The position numbers were made by a program, and so were the translations under genes. The notes beneath the pieces were generated by a model that was given only the letters and a program-made list of their open reading frames with translations, did no database searches and was not told where the DNA came from. 64,000 nt of DNA from a virus. This document shows positions 1 to 9,625 of this stretch, one piece after another. The stretch's first letter is position 1. Each line of letters begins with the position of its first letter. The DNA lies in the IMG/VR virus record IMGVR_UViG_3300035698_017305, positions 1 through 64,000 of that record; one strand, given 5' to 3'.

Positions 1-5
1 CCCCC

Positions 6-605
6 CTAACTCCATACCCAGTTAATGCCATCTCCAACATTTGGGCCCTTATCCGCCCTCTCCACGTCCTTTATTATGGTTCTGTGTTTGACCACAACCA
101 CCGGGTAGTGCTGCGGGCCGCTGTTCACGCAGGTATACTGGGAATAAACCGATTGGGTCCCTGTGGCTAGAAGTCCCCGCCACTCAACCTGTACTATCCG
201 GACCCGGTAGTGATCAGAACTCCGCCAACTGTAGTGATCCATATCTTCCAGATAATGTACCCCATGTAAGTAGCCGTAGTCCTGACCCCAGGCTAATGCC
301 CCATCTAGGGTTGTGAAGATGTGAAACCCATTGTCATACTGGTTGTGCCCAAGAGCTTTCCCATAGTATGAGGTCATTGTTATGGGTCTGGTGCCAAGAC
401 TTGTAGATTCGATACCTTTGGCGTGGTAGACCATTTTACCAGTGAGTGGGTCACGGAAATTCATGAGAGCCCGATAACTGCTCTTCAAGAAGAACCCGGA
501 TGGGGCGACCACTACAAACCCGGTGTTAACCTCATCCGTAAATGCCATGTCTTCAACTGATAACGGGTTCTCCCCGTACTTCTTGATTACGTATGATAAA
601 CACAT
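6..605 (-). CDS. Hypothetical protein, paralog of 1737-2291
   Basis: 199 aa; shares MCL start, GFV(V/I) and GFHIF...A.AWG with 1737-2291. Confidence 0.75.
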   Translation of the reverse strand: MCLSYVIKKYGENPLSVEDMAFTDEVNTGFVVVAPSGFFLKSSYRALMNFRDPLTGKMVYHAKGIESTSLGTRPITMTSYYGKALGHNQYDNGFHIFTTLDGALAWGQDYGYLHGVHYLEDMDHYSWRSSDHYRVRIVQVEWRGLLATGTQSVYSQYTCVNSGPQHYPVVVVKHRTIIKDVERADKGPNVGDGINWVWS

Positions 606-614
606 ACCTCCTCC

Positions 615-1178
615 TTAATATGTTGAGTACGGGTGGAAATACGCGTCACTCCAGCTCATAAATCTGTCACTATCCTGCTTTGTAGGGAACTTGAGCAGAG
701 GGTCTTCCCCCAAAACCTCTTTGACATGCTTAACGTTGGTAGTGAACTTCCCCTTGAAGTATCGGTTTGCATCCCAGTCCCGATCCGCATGGTCTAGGTT
801 CTCCTTCCACTTCCGCTCAAACTCAGCATCGGTGATTAACAGCTTGATCAGGACCAGCTCACCTCCACGTTTAGCCACTTGCCTTATATCCCAGGCTGAG
901 GGGACGTATACACTTGTAATCGTGTCAGTAAAGACGTGTATACCTGTTTGGTCCGCCATTCTCGACTCACACCACCCCATGAAACCGTGGATATGCTTAC
1001 CCTCCATCCTTTTCAGCTTATGGTAAGTCATGGGGGTGGCTGTAACCGGTCGGCCCACCACGTATTCAAACTCGGGGGCCATCACAGAAAAATACCGTGG
1101 TACCCCACTGACTTTGTGCACAAACTTGGCAACTATCTTCCAGACCACATGGTCTGTCTTGTCTCTTTTATTCTTCAT
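615..1178 (-). CDS. Hypothetical protein, paralog of 1175-1732
   Basis: 187 aa; VWKIVAKF...RYFSVMAPEFEYVVG and GIHVF shared with neighbour. Confidence 0.8.
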   Translation of the reverse strand: MKNKRDKTDHVVWKIVAKFVHKVSGVPRYFSVMAPEFEYVVGRPVTATPMTYHKLKRMEGKHIHGFMGWCESRMADQTGIHVFTDTITSVYVPSAWDIRQVAKRGGELVLIKLLITDAEFERKWKENLDHADRDWDANRYFKGKFTTNVKHVKEVLGEDPLLKFPTKQDSDRFMSWSDAYFHPYSTY

Positions 1179-1732
1179 TGGCCCCTCTCCTGCGCGTGTA
1201 AGAAGGGGGATATCCAGTCGTGGAACGGCCCCATACTTCGATTCTCCTTTAGATGCAGTCGGAAACTTGGGTCTTCACCAACAACCATCTTGATATGGCG
1301 GACACAGGTAGTGAATACTTCGTCACTAAATAAGGCTGGGTCCCACTTTTCATCTTCTGATTGATCGTAGGACCATCTTGTCCTCAACTCTTCTTCAGTT
1401 ACCAGCATCTTGATAATGACTATGGTCCCGCCCCTGAGAGCAATCTTCTCTACATCCGAGTAGGATGGAAGACACGCCCCAAAGCATTTACTGGAGAAGA
1501 CATGAATCCCCATTTCCGATAATTCTCTTGGAGCAGCCTCGGCTAGACTAACGCAGCCAACCCCCCAGCCTTCAAACCCATACCTACTCTTCCCCTCCAT
1601 CCCACATATTTCCCTGGCGGTGTAGGGGTGGGAGTCTAAGGGCTGGCCGACCACATACTCAAATTCAGGGGCCATAACACTGAAGTAACGTTCCCCAAAC
1701 TTGGCTACTATTTTCCATACTTCAAAATCCAT
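1175..1732 (-). CDS. Hypothetical protein, paralog of 615-1178
   Basis: 185 aa; ATGA overlap with 615-1178; same conserved blocks. Confidence 0.8.
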   Translation of the reverse strand: MDFEVWKIVAKFGERYFSVMAPEFEYVVGQPLDSHPYTAREICGMEGKSRYGFEGWGVGCVSLAEAAPRELSEMGIHVFSSKCFGACLPSYSDVEKIALRGGTIVIIKMLVTEEELRTRWSYDQSEDEKWDPALFSDEVFTTCVRHIKMVVGEDPSFRLHLKENRSMGPFHDWISPFLHAQERGQ

Positions 1733-1736
1733 CGTG

Positions 1737-2291
1737 TCATCCCTCCCAATCTTCGGGCATAACCCCGTCTTCAGTTATTCCTGTTAGAGTTCTGAACCGG
1801 GCTATAACTGTTGGCAGATGTGTCATCATACGGTCATGTCCCCGAGGTATGAAGTGCTGAGACCCAACGGCTAGGACTCCTCGATAATCACACTCCATGA
1901 GCATTAACCCGGAGACATAATCGTTGACCCATTTCCCCCTGATGTCAGGTCTCCGTACCCACCCCATAGTGGCCCCCCAGGCTATCGCTGACCCCCTGGC
2001 GCCAAAGATGTGAAAACCGGCGGGGTATGGGTTGTCGTTATTACTATTAGGGCCGCAGCCGTAAGCCGAGGTTTCCCAGCATATTGCTTCCTTTTCTTGG
2101 CCTAGGGCAAATCTGACCCTGTGTTCCCTAGGCCCCATATACACAATGGACCCATAATTGGGCAGCGGTGTAGGTTTGTTAACGTTGGGTAGGGGTGGGG
2201 GGGTCCGTCTCATTATGACAAAGCCGTGCCCCACAGTGTTCAGGTCTACTTTACCCGGTTCTATAGTTTCTATCACGCAGGTCAAACACAT
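1737..2291 (-). CDS. Hypothetical protein, paralog of 6-605
   Basis: 184 aa; GGAGG-like SD; GFHIF...AIAWG. Confidence 0.75.
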   Translation of the reverse strand: MCLTCVIETIEPGKVDLNTVGHGFVIMRRTPPPLPNVNKPTPLPNYGSIVYMGPREHRVRFALGQEKEAICWETSAYGCGPNSNNDNPYPAGFHIFGARGSAIAWGATMGWVRRPDIRGKWVNDYVSGLMLMECDYRGVLAVGSQHFIPRGHDRMMTHLPTVIARFRTLTGITEDGVMPEDWEG

Positions 2292-2397
2292 ATTTCCTCC
2301 CGGTCCTGGTGTTGTTGTATTACTAATCTTATGTCAGAAAAGGGAGGGGTTATAAGCTAAAAGGAGGGGCGGCCCTCCTCTTCCTTCGGTATACAGC

Positions 2398-2592
2398 TTA
2401 CCCTTTACGGGATCCGCCGCCACCTTTGCCTGCTCCTGTACCTTTACCCGTCCCACCCGTGGCGCACCCACCAGTGTTCCGGCCACCACGGAGCCCTCCG
2501 GTTCCAGATCCTCCACCTCTCCCATCCTTGGGCCGAGCCCCTCCTCGTGGGTTGGTGGATCCGCTTCCGCTTCCGCCTTTCCGTCCAAACAT
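2398..2592 (-). CDS. Small Gly/Arg-rich basic protein
   Basis: Start re-placed at MFGRKGG, adjacent to the stop of 2594-3223; low complexity. Confidence 0.5.
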   Translation of the reverse strand: MFGRKGGSGSGSTNPRGGARPKDGRGGGSGTGGLRGGRNTGGCATGGTGKGTGAGKGGGGSRKG

Positions 2593-2593
2593 G

Positions 2594-3223
2594 TCAGTCT
2601 CCTTCAATTGGAGGTAGTGGGGTAATATTGTCCCGGGTGAAGTGTTCTGATACGACTGACTTCTTACCGCCACCTACCATGTGAGCCCAAAGGAACAGGT
2701 CGTAGATGTCCTCTGGGATAAGTCCTAGTAGAGTATCCTGGTCAATAAAGCTCTTAATCCTGTATCCGTTGGTACCGGTTTCATTCCCGGTGTAGTTGGC
2801 TGGGTAGATATCTTCCTGCCATTTGGTTATGGGCACGTCCAGAGTTACCATCTGCCCCGTTACATCCTTTACCCTTCTAACTCCCACCACGGTGAAAGTC
2901 AGGGTCCCAGCGGTTTTGCACGGAAATCCACAGGTGCCATCGCCAAATATGGAGTAGACCATAGTCTTATTAGATGCATGGAAATGGGTCAGGATTAGGT
3001 TCTCAAGCCCCGCATCACATGGTTTTGTTGTCCCCATATTGAGGTCCTTGACAAATTCGTCGGTGCCTTTGGTAAACCGTTCCTTCAACTGGTCGTAGTA
3101 GGTGAGCATGAACATCAGGAAGAATATGAACAATACGAAGGGGGCTATCCATCGGAATGGGCTCCGGTCATCTTCCTTGATTGGTATTGGTAAGTTGGTA
3201 TATCTCTTGGTATCTATTCCCAT
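2594..3223 (-). CDS. Membrane-anchored hypothetical protein
   Basis: 209 aa; one N-terminal hydrophobic helix (WIAPFVLFIFFLMFMLTYY). Confidence 0.7.
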   Translation of the reverse strand: MGIDTKRYTNLPIPIKEDDRSPFRWIAPFVLFIFFLMFMLTYYDQLKERFTKGTDEFVKDLNMGTTKPCDAGLENLILTHFHASNKTMVYSIFGDGTCGFPCKTAGTLTFTVVGVRRVKDVTGQMVTLDVPITKWQEDIYPANYTGNETGTNGYRIKSFIDQDTLLGLIPEDIYDLFLWAHMVGGGKKSVVSEHFTRDNITPLPPIEGD

Positions 3224-3253
3224 GGGTTCCTCCTATATCTAGGATCTGTTTTA

Positions 3254-3967
3254 TCATCCGTCCACTTCCTTCCCTTTTTCTACTTCAGTTTCCCATGGGG
3301 GCGGCCCCAGTACTGAATACCCCTCCAGAGCTCTCAGGTTGTCCAGTATGGTCAAGAGTTCTGGATTGTCCAGGGTTGTGGGGTGGACATATTCAGGGCT
3401 TAGGCACACAGCAGCCCCGACCACGTTCATCACCTGTAGATCCTCCGGTTGAATCGTAGGGGAGGCTTGTGATCTGAGCTCACCCCACCCACAACTCTCA
3501 GCCAGGGTTGGTGATGCGAAGTTGGGGGTGCGGTAGTCGTGGCATTCAATGTCACATCGGCCTTGGTACAGAAGGGAGCAGGATCTTACCCAGACAAACA
3601 TAGAGTCCGGTTTCCATTTCCACGAAACATAGGTCCCCCAGGTGCCTTCGTTAGCCTCAGGGAAGGTACTCACTTCCTGCTCCGTGACTAGATCGGAGTG
3701 GTAGTCCACATTGATCAAGGTTGCCAGATCTGGTATATCCCTCCCGCTCTGGTTGATAATTGGGAGGTGTTGGTCATGGGTTTCGGTCACAGGGATGGAT
3801 AACCCCTTAGACTTTCCCATCCTCCATAACATGTGTAGGAAGTCTAAGGCCATGGGCATTCTGGATTCCATAACTTTCTCCAAGGGATGATCCACTGATA
3901 ACCAATAGTCTAGATCAACCGACAGCCATACAGGTCTTTGACCCAGGGCTTCTAATCTGAATCTCAT
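3254..3967 (-). CDS. UPF0489-like / arginase-deacetylase-like putative metallohydrolase
   Basis: WLSVDLDYW, LINVDYHSDL, NEGTW motifs. Confidence 0.6.
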   Translation of the reverse strand: MRFRLEALGQRPVWLSVDLDYWLSVDHPLEKVMESRMPMALDFLHMLWRMGKSKGLSIPVTETHDQHLPIINQSGRDIPDLATLINVDYHSDLVTEQEVSTFPEANEGTWGTYVSWKWKPDSMFVWVRSCSLLYQGRCDIECHDYRTPNFASPTLAESCGWGELRSQASPTIQPEDLQVMNVVGAAVCLSPEYVHPTTLDNPELLTILDNLRALEGYSVLGPPPWETEVEKGKEVDG

Positions 3968-4152
3968 GCCAAACTCCTTGCTATCGTTATTAATACTGAC
4001 ACTGCCCCTCGGATCAGTAGGTAGGCTATTGCCCCCAGTAGCCCTAAGGCCACACTAGGCGGGGGTAATGGTGTTGTCACCCAGTGCAGGATGGCAGCCA
4101 CCACTATGTAGATGAGTGCTATCCAATCCAGCACCAATAGAATTTCCGCCAT
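3964..4152 (-). CDS. Small two-TM membrane protein
   Basis: 62 aa, hydrophobic, SD AGGAG, ATGA overlap with next gene. Confidence 0.65.
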   Translation of the reverse strand: MAEILLVLDWIALIYIVVAAILHWVTTPLPPPSVALGLLGAIAYLLIRGAVSVLITIARSLA

Positions 4153-4461
4153 ATCTCCTCCTTTAACGTGGCATATTTCTTCTCCACTCTTCTTATGCCA
4201 TATACCATGGGGGTAGACGCAGAGGTAGGCTGACCTAACATGTCAGAAAGTCGGTTAGTTTTTATTTGGATCTTGGGAATTGATAGGTTGGGTAGTGTCT
4301 GTGTTTACGTTATCATTAACCTTTTTACTTTTTCTTACGTAACCATAGTATCTCCTAATCTTTCTGGGAGATCTGGCAGCTACTTCGTATAAGGTTGATA
4401 ACTTAATCATGCCCCAGTGTAACAGATACCTAAAAAGAGGGGAAGGCCCCTCTAATACTTA

Positions 4462-5028
4462 TTAACCGGGGGTGACATCCCCAATGAGTCTGGCTCTGGG
4501 CAGATACCACTGTTCACCGAACAGCTTGGATGAGTCGTGCATAAACTTGGCCCCTGGGAATGGGTGATCTTCCAGGTCCAGTTCATACTCAGTGACAGAC
4601 CCTGTGTTGTCGATGTCTACCATACCATCCTCATCAGAGGTGCAACCGGGCCCAATGTAGACTCCGAAGCAGTCGCCGTCTTCAAAGAAGTTGACCGCCT
4701 TGCCGAACTCGTTGAGGCCCTTAACGAAGTCTTCCGGGGTGGTGGCACTCTGGTACACAGCCTGACCCAGATCATTGAACACAGCCTGAGCTTTGATCAT
4801 AGTTTCCGCATGTTCCGGGGTTGTGACCAGAAGAACGGGATTCTGTGGGTGAGGCCATAGCACAACCGCCACAGACCCGTTGTAGGAGGCAACCTCTTCC
4901 AACTTGTACTTGAAGAAGGCGCTGTTCATGATCTCATCTGGTGTGTCCATCATGAACTCTTCTAAGTCACCGAAGAAGTAAGTGGTCGGTAGTACTCGTT
5001 TCAATGTAGCGAGAGGTGCGGCTTCCAT
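4462..5028 (-). CDS. Hypothetical protein
   Basis: 188 aa ORF with SD AGGAG, flanked by promoter motif and terminator. Confidence 0.7.
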   Translation of the reverse strand: MEAAPLATLKRVLPTTYFFGDLEEFMMDTPDEIMNSAFFKYKLEEVASYNGSVAVVLWPHPQNPVLLVTTPEHAETMIKAQAVFNDLGQAVYQSATTPEDFVKGLNEFGKAVNFFEDGDCFGVYIGPGCTSDEDGMVDIDNTGSVTEYELDLEDHPFPGAKFMHDSSKLFGEQWYLPRARLIGDVTPG

Positions 5029-5058
5029 AACATTCTCCTAATGGTTTGTGTTAACCAT

Positions 5059-5080
5059 CTTATAGCGGATTTTTAGCTAA
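5059..5080 (-). promoter_or_regulatory. Representative copy of a recurrent phage promoter-like motif TTAGCT-N9-11-YATAAGA
   Basis: Two-part copies at 5059, 6482, 8974, 9580, 25736, 32467; YATAAG core also at 2328, 4192, 7410, 7732, 8009, 14256, 14839, 15117, 26681. Confidence 0.7.
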
Positions 5081-5117
5081 GTGAGAAGGGGTGACCCCCT
5101 CTCTAGCACTGTTATCG

Positions 5118-5741
5118 TTAGAACCGGAACCCCTGGATCGGCTGCACCGCAACCAACACATGGTCCCGACCTGTTTGGGTCAGGATCTCCGTGTGGGTCA
5201 ATCCGTCCAGGATGTGCTGAACTACCCCATCGCGGGGTATGTTTGCCAGAATGGCTTCCTCACCTTTGGCTCTGTCAGTGCCCAGGGTCGCTGCTACCAG
5301 CTTACCCCCGAACCCGTGTCGGCGATGGTCATCGTCAACCGCCACTAACAGGCTCCATTGTGTTGTCCCTTTGTCCCTTACCAGACAAGCCACCCCGACC
5401 AGTTTCCAATCCACATAAACACCGAAGCAGCCATCGAGATCATCACCGTAGTTCAGGGTCCCCCCGAACTTCTGGAAAAAGTCTCTCACCGTATACCTGT
5501 TGTGGATGGGTTTCAGCTCGATTTTAACTTCCCGGTGCCGGACCTGGGTGGTGGTGGTGTGAACAAACACTCGGGGGGTGCGGGTTTCTGCAATCAGGAT
5601 ATCTGCATACCCGATGACCGCGCACCCGGCAACCTTGGCCGCGCCTGCCCCTACTTTGCCGAGAATAGCCAAAGCCTTCTGGCCCTTAGTCTCAGTCTTT
5701 TCCGCATTGAACATATTTTTGAAAGGGTTTTGCATAACCAT
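5118..5741 (-). CDS. Protein with C-terminal GNAT-like acetyltransferase domain
   Basis: Motif A-like VAVDDDHRRHGFGGKLV; start re-placed after SD AGGAG at 5741. Confidence 0.6.
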   Translation of the reverse strand: MVMQNPFKNMFNAEKTETKGQKALAILGKVGAGAAKVAGCAVIGYADILIAETRTPRVFVHTTTTQVRHREVKIELKPIHNRYTVRDFFQKFGGTLNYGDDLDGCFGVYVDWKLVGVACLVRDKGTTQWSLLVAVDDDHRRHGFGGKLVAATLGTDRAKGEEAILANIPRDGVVQHILDGLTHTEILTQTGRDHVLVAVQPIQGFRF

Positions 5742-5841
5742 TACTCCTGACTGATGGGATGATTTTCGATTGGCATCGTCTCTCTTCATCATTCTTATAC
5801 CAATAACCATATGCTTTTTCTCACTTTTTAAGCTAAAAAGA

Positions 5842-5904
5842 GGGGAGTTAGGGGAGTTAGGGGAGTTAGGGGAGTTAGGGGAGTTAGGGGAGGATACCCT
5901 CCCC
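5842..5904. repeat. Tandem 9-mer (GGGGAGTTA)x5 fused to one arm of a terminator hairpin
   Basis: Five exact copies 5842-5886, then GGGGAG-gatacc-CTCCCC; minus-strand T-tract at 5835-5839. Confidence 0.9.
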
Positions 5905-6229
5905 GTCACAATTAGATTACTGGCCGGTCCAGGGTTCGCTAACGACAGTTACCCTGGCGTCAACGCCTACCTTGGACATCACCTGCTCAGGAATAGTGAA
6001 CGATGGTTCGATTGCGGCCCTGAATGGGCAAGGACCCTCTTGGGTGTCCAGGGCATCCATGAAGATTGCCGGGAAGATACTGTAGTAGTGCTGGCTCACG
6101 TTGTAGCAGTCCAGACGCCACACAGGATCCTCAGGAGATCCGTCATTGATGCGATGACCTACGATGTAGAGGCGGTCAAAACACTTCCTCCCCTTTTATC
6201 ACCCTAAACCCTATCTTGGGTCAGAGCAA

Positions 6230-6448
6230 CTAGCAAAAACAGTCACTACAGAAGTTCCAGCGACCATACTTATTCACGCAGTCTTCACACATGACTGCGG
6301 GGCACCCCGGGTTATCACACCTTGTGCCTTCCCCTTTCTCTAAGGGCCGTCTGCATTTGTAACAGACCTCCTCGGAAGGTTTGCTTTTACTTCTCAGATT
6401 ATGGATAAACCTTAATAACTCAGGCCCCGCGAACTTGGTAAGTTTCAT
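6230..6448 (-). CDS. Small Cys-rich zinc-finger-like protein
   Basis: CxxC, CxxxxC, CxxC, CxxC spacing. Confidence 0.7.
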   Translation of the reverse strand: MKLTKFAGPELLRFIHNLRSKSKPSEEVCYKCRRPLEKGEGTRCDNPGCPAVMCEDCVNKYGRWNFCSDCFC

Positions 6449-6627
6449 GACCTTACTCCTATCTATTGTTTCTTCATTACTCTTATGTCAGATCTTTAGT
6501 TAAAGGAACGGGGAGTGTGGGGTACACATCCGTTCCATCTCTCCAAGACCAGTAGTGGCAGGATATAGGGGGGGCTGTTTGCTCTTTGTCACTTCAACAT
6601 CAACTGGGAACAGGGAGAGGGGTTGAG

Positions 6628-7128
6628 TTATTTACGAACTATGACTATTCTCTTGACCATGCCTTGGGCCAGGGCCATCCGCTCTTCTGGATCCATGTCC
6701 TCGGGGGTGAATTTCTTCATTACCCACTTGATTCGAAGATCTTTGGCGCGTCGGGCTTGCCGGGTATCAAGTGTCAGTGCTTCCTGAGTCGCGGGATCCC
6801 CGATCATGTGGGATGCTTTCTTAACCGCTGCGTCCAGCCATCTCCTCCTGCACCGGTCACAATCCACATGTTTTGTTTGAACCCAGCCTTGGTCCCAATC
6901 GAATGTGAGCAGGCGGGAGTCGGTTACAGGTAGCCGCCCACATGAAGTCCGGCCATCCGGTTCCAGTATGTGCAGTTTCCCGAATGGAGCCAAGGCCCCT
7001 AGAACTCGTCGTCCATCGGCGTAGAAGCGGGCATAGGACATACGTTGGAATCGTCCCACACCAACTTTCTGAGCACGGGTTACCGACTCTTTCTCCTGTT
7101 TGTCTATCTTGTGCATAAACTCTGCCAT
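6628..7128 (-). CDS. Hypothetical protein
   Basis: 166 aa; SD AAGGAG. Confidence 0.65.
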   Translation of the reverse strand: MAEFMHKIDKQEKESVTRAQKVGVGRFQRMSYARFYADGRRVLGALAPFGKLHILEPDGRTSCGRLPVTDSRLLTFDWDQGWVQTKHVDCDRCRRRWLDAAVKKASHMIGDPATQEALTLDTRQARRAKDLRIKWVMKKFTPEDMDPEERMALAQGMVKRIVIVRK

Positions 7129-7742
7129 TTGTTTCTCCTTTGTGACGTGGCATTAGAATTGTCAAGTATTTGAACAGAGGCCGACCCCCGGCAGTGTTAA
7201 CCAGGGGCACAGTTCACCGCCGTTTTCAGGGCCGGTCTCTGAGACTGTGAGGCGGAGGGCCCTTCACGTCACCTCCTGGTCTCGTCACTGGGGGCGGAGG
7301 AAACACTTGACGATGCCACGTCATCCCTCCCGCAGTGGGACAGGTTTAATGACATTACACAGGCCCTCCTTTCATAGATAGTTTGGTGTATTTTCTCTCT
7401 CTCATACTTCTTATGTCAGGACTTGGGGGCGTATTTGTACCTAAAAGGAGGGGGAGGGCGTAATGGGCCTCACCACACCACCCCCGTCCCTAACGAAGGT
7501 CCCCTTCCACCCACCACTTCCACCCACAGGTTGGAATAGCGATAGCATCAGTCTTGTTCCGCTTTACCGGAAGTACTTGTAACAACGGCCATTGTCTGTT
7601 GCGGTCACCAACATCAACGACATCACCATTACTTTCATATCCTCAGATGCGGCCTAGCTGGATGAGTTTTAGCTCGCTTCCTCTGTAAATAGAATCATCA
7701 GTGGGCGGGGGAAGGGGTGTTCGTTAAATATCTTATAGCGGA

Positions 7743-7970
7743 TTACCGCCTCTGTTCTCTCAACGTTTCCAGGAACTTAACAGGGTCGTCGGTGTGGTAA
7801 TTGAACTTACCAACTCTACATTCGTTTATTATCTCTGCCATAACCGCCTGATTCGTCCGGACTTCCTCTAGCTTCCCATGCTCTACCGAATAACTGACCC
7901 ACCCAGTAAATGCTCCGACAAGAGCTGCATAGAGAACTAGCGCCAATATTGTTTCTTTCATTCTTCCCAT
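7743..7970 (-). CDS. Small membrane/secreted protein
   Basis: 75 aa, N-terminal hydrophobic helix, SD GGAGG. Confidence 0.6.
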   Translation of the reverse strand: MGRMKETILALVLYAALVGAFTGWVSYSVEHGKLEEVRTNQAVMAEIINECRVGKFNYHTDDPVKFLETLREQRR

Positions 7971-8035
7971 AGTGTTCCTCCTAGTAAGTGTGGCATCTCT
8001 TCACTACTCTTATGTCGGAGTGTACCCTCTATTTC

Positions 8036-8377
8036 CTACTTTTTCATAGCGGTAAGGTCTTTCTTATCCTGTGTTCCGGGCCAGTCGTTTTTGTAGTCAG
8101 GGTTGCTAATGATACGTAGTAAGTGTTGGCGGGTGACTTCTGTTTCCACATTCTCGTAGTCGCAAGAGATTTCACACAGTATGGGCTGACCTGATTCCTC
8201 CAGGAGTAGGACCCCCAGGAACATGTAAGCAGCCAGTAACGCGTCTTCTTCCTCAGAGCCTAGTACATCAACCATGACTTCTTTTAGGTGCCTACTCAGC
8301 CCCTCGATGGTATTTTGATCTTGAGCAGATGTGTCTTCCGGTTGTTTGAAATCAGATAGCTTTACAATATCTCCCAT
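8036..8377 (-). CDS. Hypothetical acidic protein
   Basis: Start re-placed at MGDIVKL after SD GGAGG; TAG stop. Confidence 0.65.
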   Translation of the reverse strand: MGDIVKLSDFKQPEDTSAQDQNTIEGLSRHLKEVMVDVLGSEEEDALLAAYMFLGVLLLEESGQPILCEISCDYENVETEVTRQHLLRIISNPDYKNDWPGTQDKKDLTAMKK

Positions 8378-8454
8378 GATACCTCCAAAGTAATGTACTA
8401 CCAGCGTAGTAGATACCGTGGGCATATGCAAGTAGCTAAAAAGGGGAGGCCCCC

Positions 8455-8940
8455 TTAGTTACGCCTCCCTCTCATACCGGAGAGTACTCCAGCATACCTC
8501 GGATCCTTCTTAGACAGAGTTACCAAAGACCTGTAATCCCCGCCTTGGGCCTTTCGTTCCAAAGCCTGTTTTTCCCTAACCCCAAAGCGGTCAGGGTGCT
8601 CTGTCCTAACGCCGGTTAATTTGAACACTACCACCCTGGGGTTAGTAGGGTCAGAGAATACACATACCCAGTAGCGGTGTACTTTCTCCAACGCTCCACT
8701 CTTCCTGTGGAGTTTGCCCCCGTAATACAGAACCTTGTCCATAAGATCCTGGGTCGTCCCGCCTCTACCCGCCATTTTGGTAATGGTGTTAGATACCACC
8801 ATATAATGGTCAAACCCCCTATCCGAATATGGGGGTCTGTAAGACGCGGGCCAAGTCCCTCCATCATTAACGGATGGAGCCAACCCGATCCCCTTCATTG
8901 GATCTATGATTTCTTTTACAATAACTAACGGAATTGCCAT
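8455..8940 (-). CDS. Hypothetical protein
   Basis: 161 aa ORF. Confidence 0.65.
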   Translation of the reverse strand: MAIPLVIVKEIIDPMKGIGLAPSVNDGGTWPASYRPPYSDRGFDHYMVVSNTITKMAGRGGTTQDLMDKVLYYGGKLHRKSGALEKVHRYWVCVFSDPTNPRVVVFKLTGVRTEHPDRFGVREKQALERKAQGGDYRSLVTLSKKDPRYAGVLSGMRGRRN

Positions 8941-9050
8941 AATGCCCCTCTACTTCATGTTTCCTTCACACCTCTTATACCAGTTTATAGCTAAAACAGA
9001 TCAGGGTTCACTAAGTGATACCCCTGACCGTTCCCCGGTTTCCCAGTCTG

Positions 9051-9536
9051 TTATGCTGCTGAAGACCCCGATGATGTTATGTCTGATAACAATTCCTCAT
9101 ATGCCTCTGTCAAACGTTCCTTATGGAACTGACCCTCAACGCTAGCGTTAGCGCGATATATCTTGGCGTTGTATTTGCCATCGACTGACGAGTACTCTAC
9201 CAAGAAGTATAAGGTGGGCTTGATCCCACTACCGAATAGTTGCCCCCCAACTGTATCCATGCTGACACGTTCTTCTTTACCGGTACCTCTCTTTGTTATA
9301 TCTTGTGATAGCTCATACAGGTTGGTGTCGTCCCATACAAACACCCTCGTCCAGGATATCAACCTTCGGTCACCGTTTCTCACATCGCGCAGAACAGGAG
9401 TTGCCGCCAACAACACGTCATCGGCTTTCAATACAACAGCAGAACTGACGTGTATGGGTGAAACTCCCAGTTCCTTCAACACCGAAGAGAATGCTGGGAA
9501 ATCCCTTATCAGTAGCTCGGCTTTGTATGCTTTCAT
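9051..9536 (-). CDS. Hypothetical protein
   Basis: 161 aa ORF downstream of promoter motif at 9580. Confidence 0.65.
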   Translation of the reverse strand: MKAYKAELLIRDFPAFSSVLKELGVSPIHVSSAVVLKADDVLLAATPVLRDVRNGDRRLISWTRVFVWDDTNLYELSQDITKRGTGKEERVSMDTVGGQLFGSGIKPTLYFLVEYSSVDGKYNAKIYRANASVEGQFHKERLTEAYEELLSDITSSGSSAA

Positions 9537-9625
9537 TGGACCAGTCCTATATAGTTGATGTTTACTTCCTCTTACTTATCTTATAGCGGAATTCAGGGCT
9601 AAGGGGAGGATTCCCTCCCCCCACA

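Noticed and set aside
5842-5892. Telomere (contains TTAGGG)
   Set aside because: Internal, only five 9-mers, and continuous with a terminator stem
5742-5909. SPN-repeat N-terminal extension of the GNAT protein
   Set aside because: Region is a terminator plus repeat; a better SD-linked start lies at 5741
7170-7380. RNase P RNA or cobalamin riboswitch
   Set aside because: No GAGGAAAGUCC P4 motif and no intact B12-box core; too short for RNase P RNA
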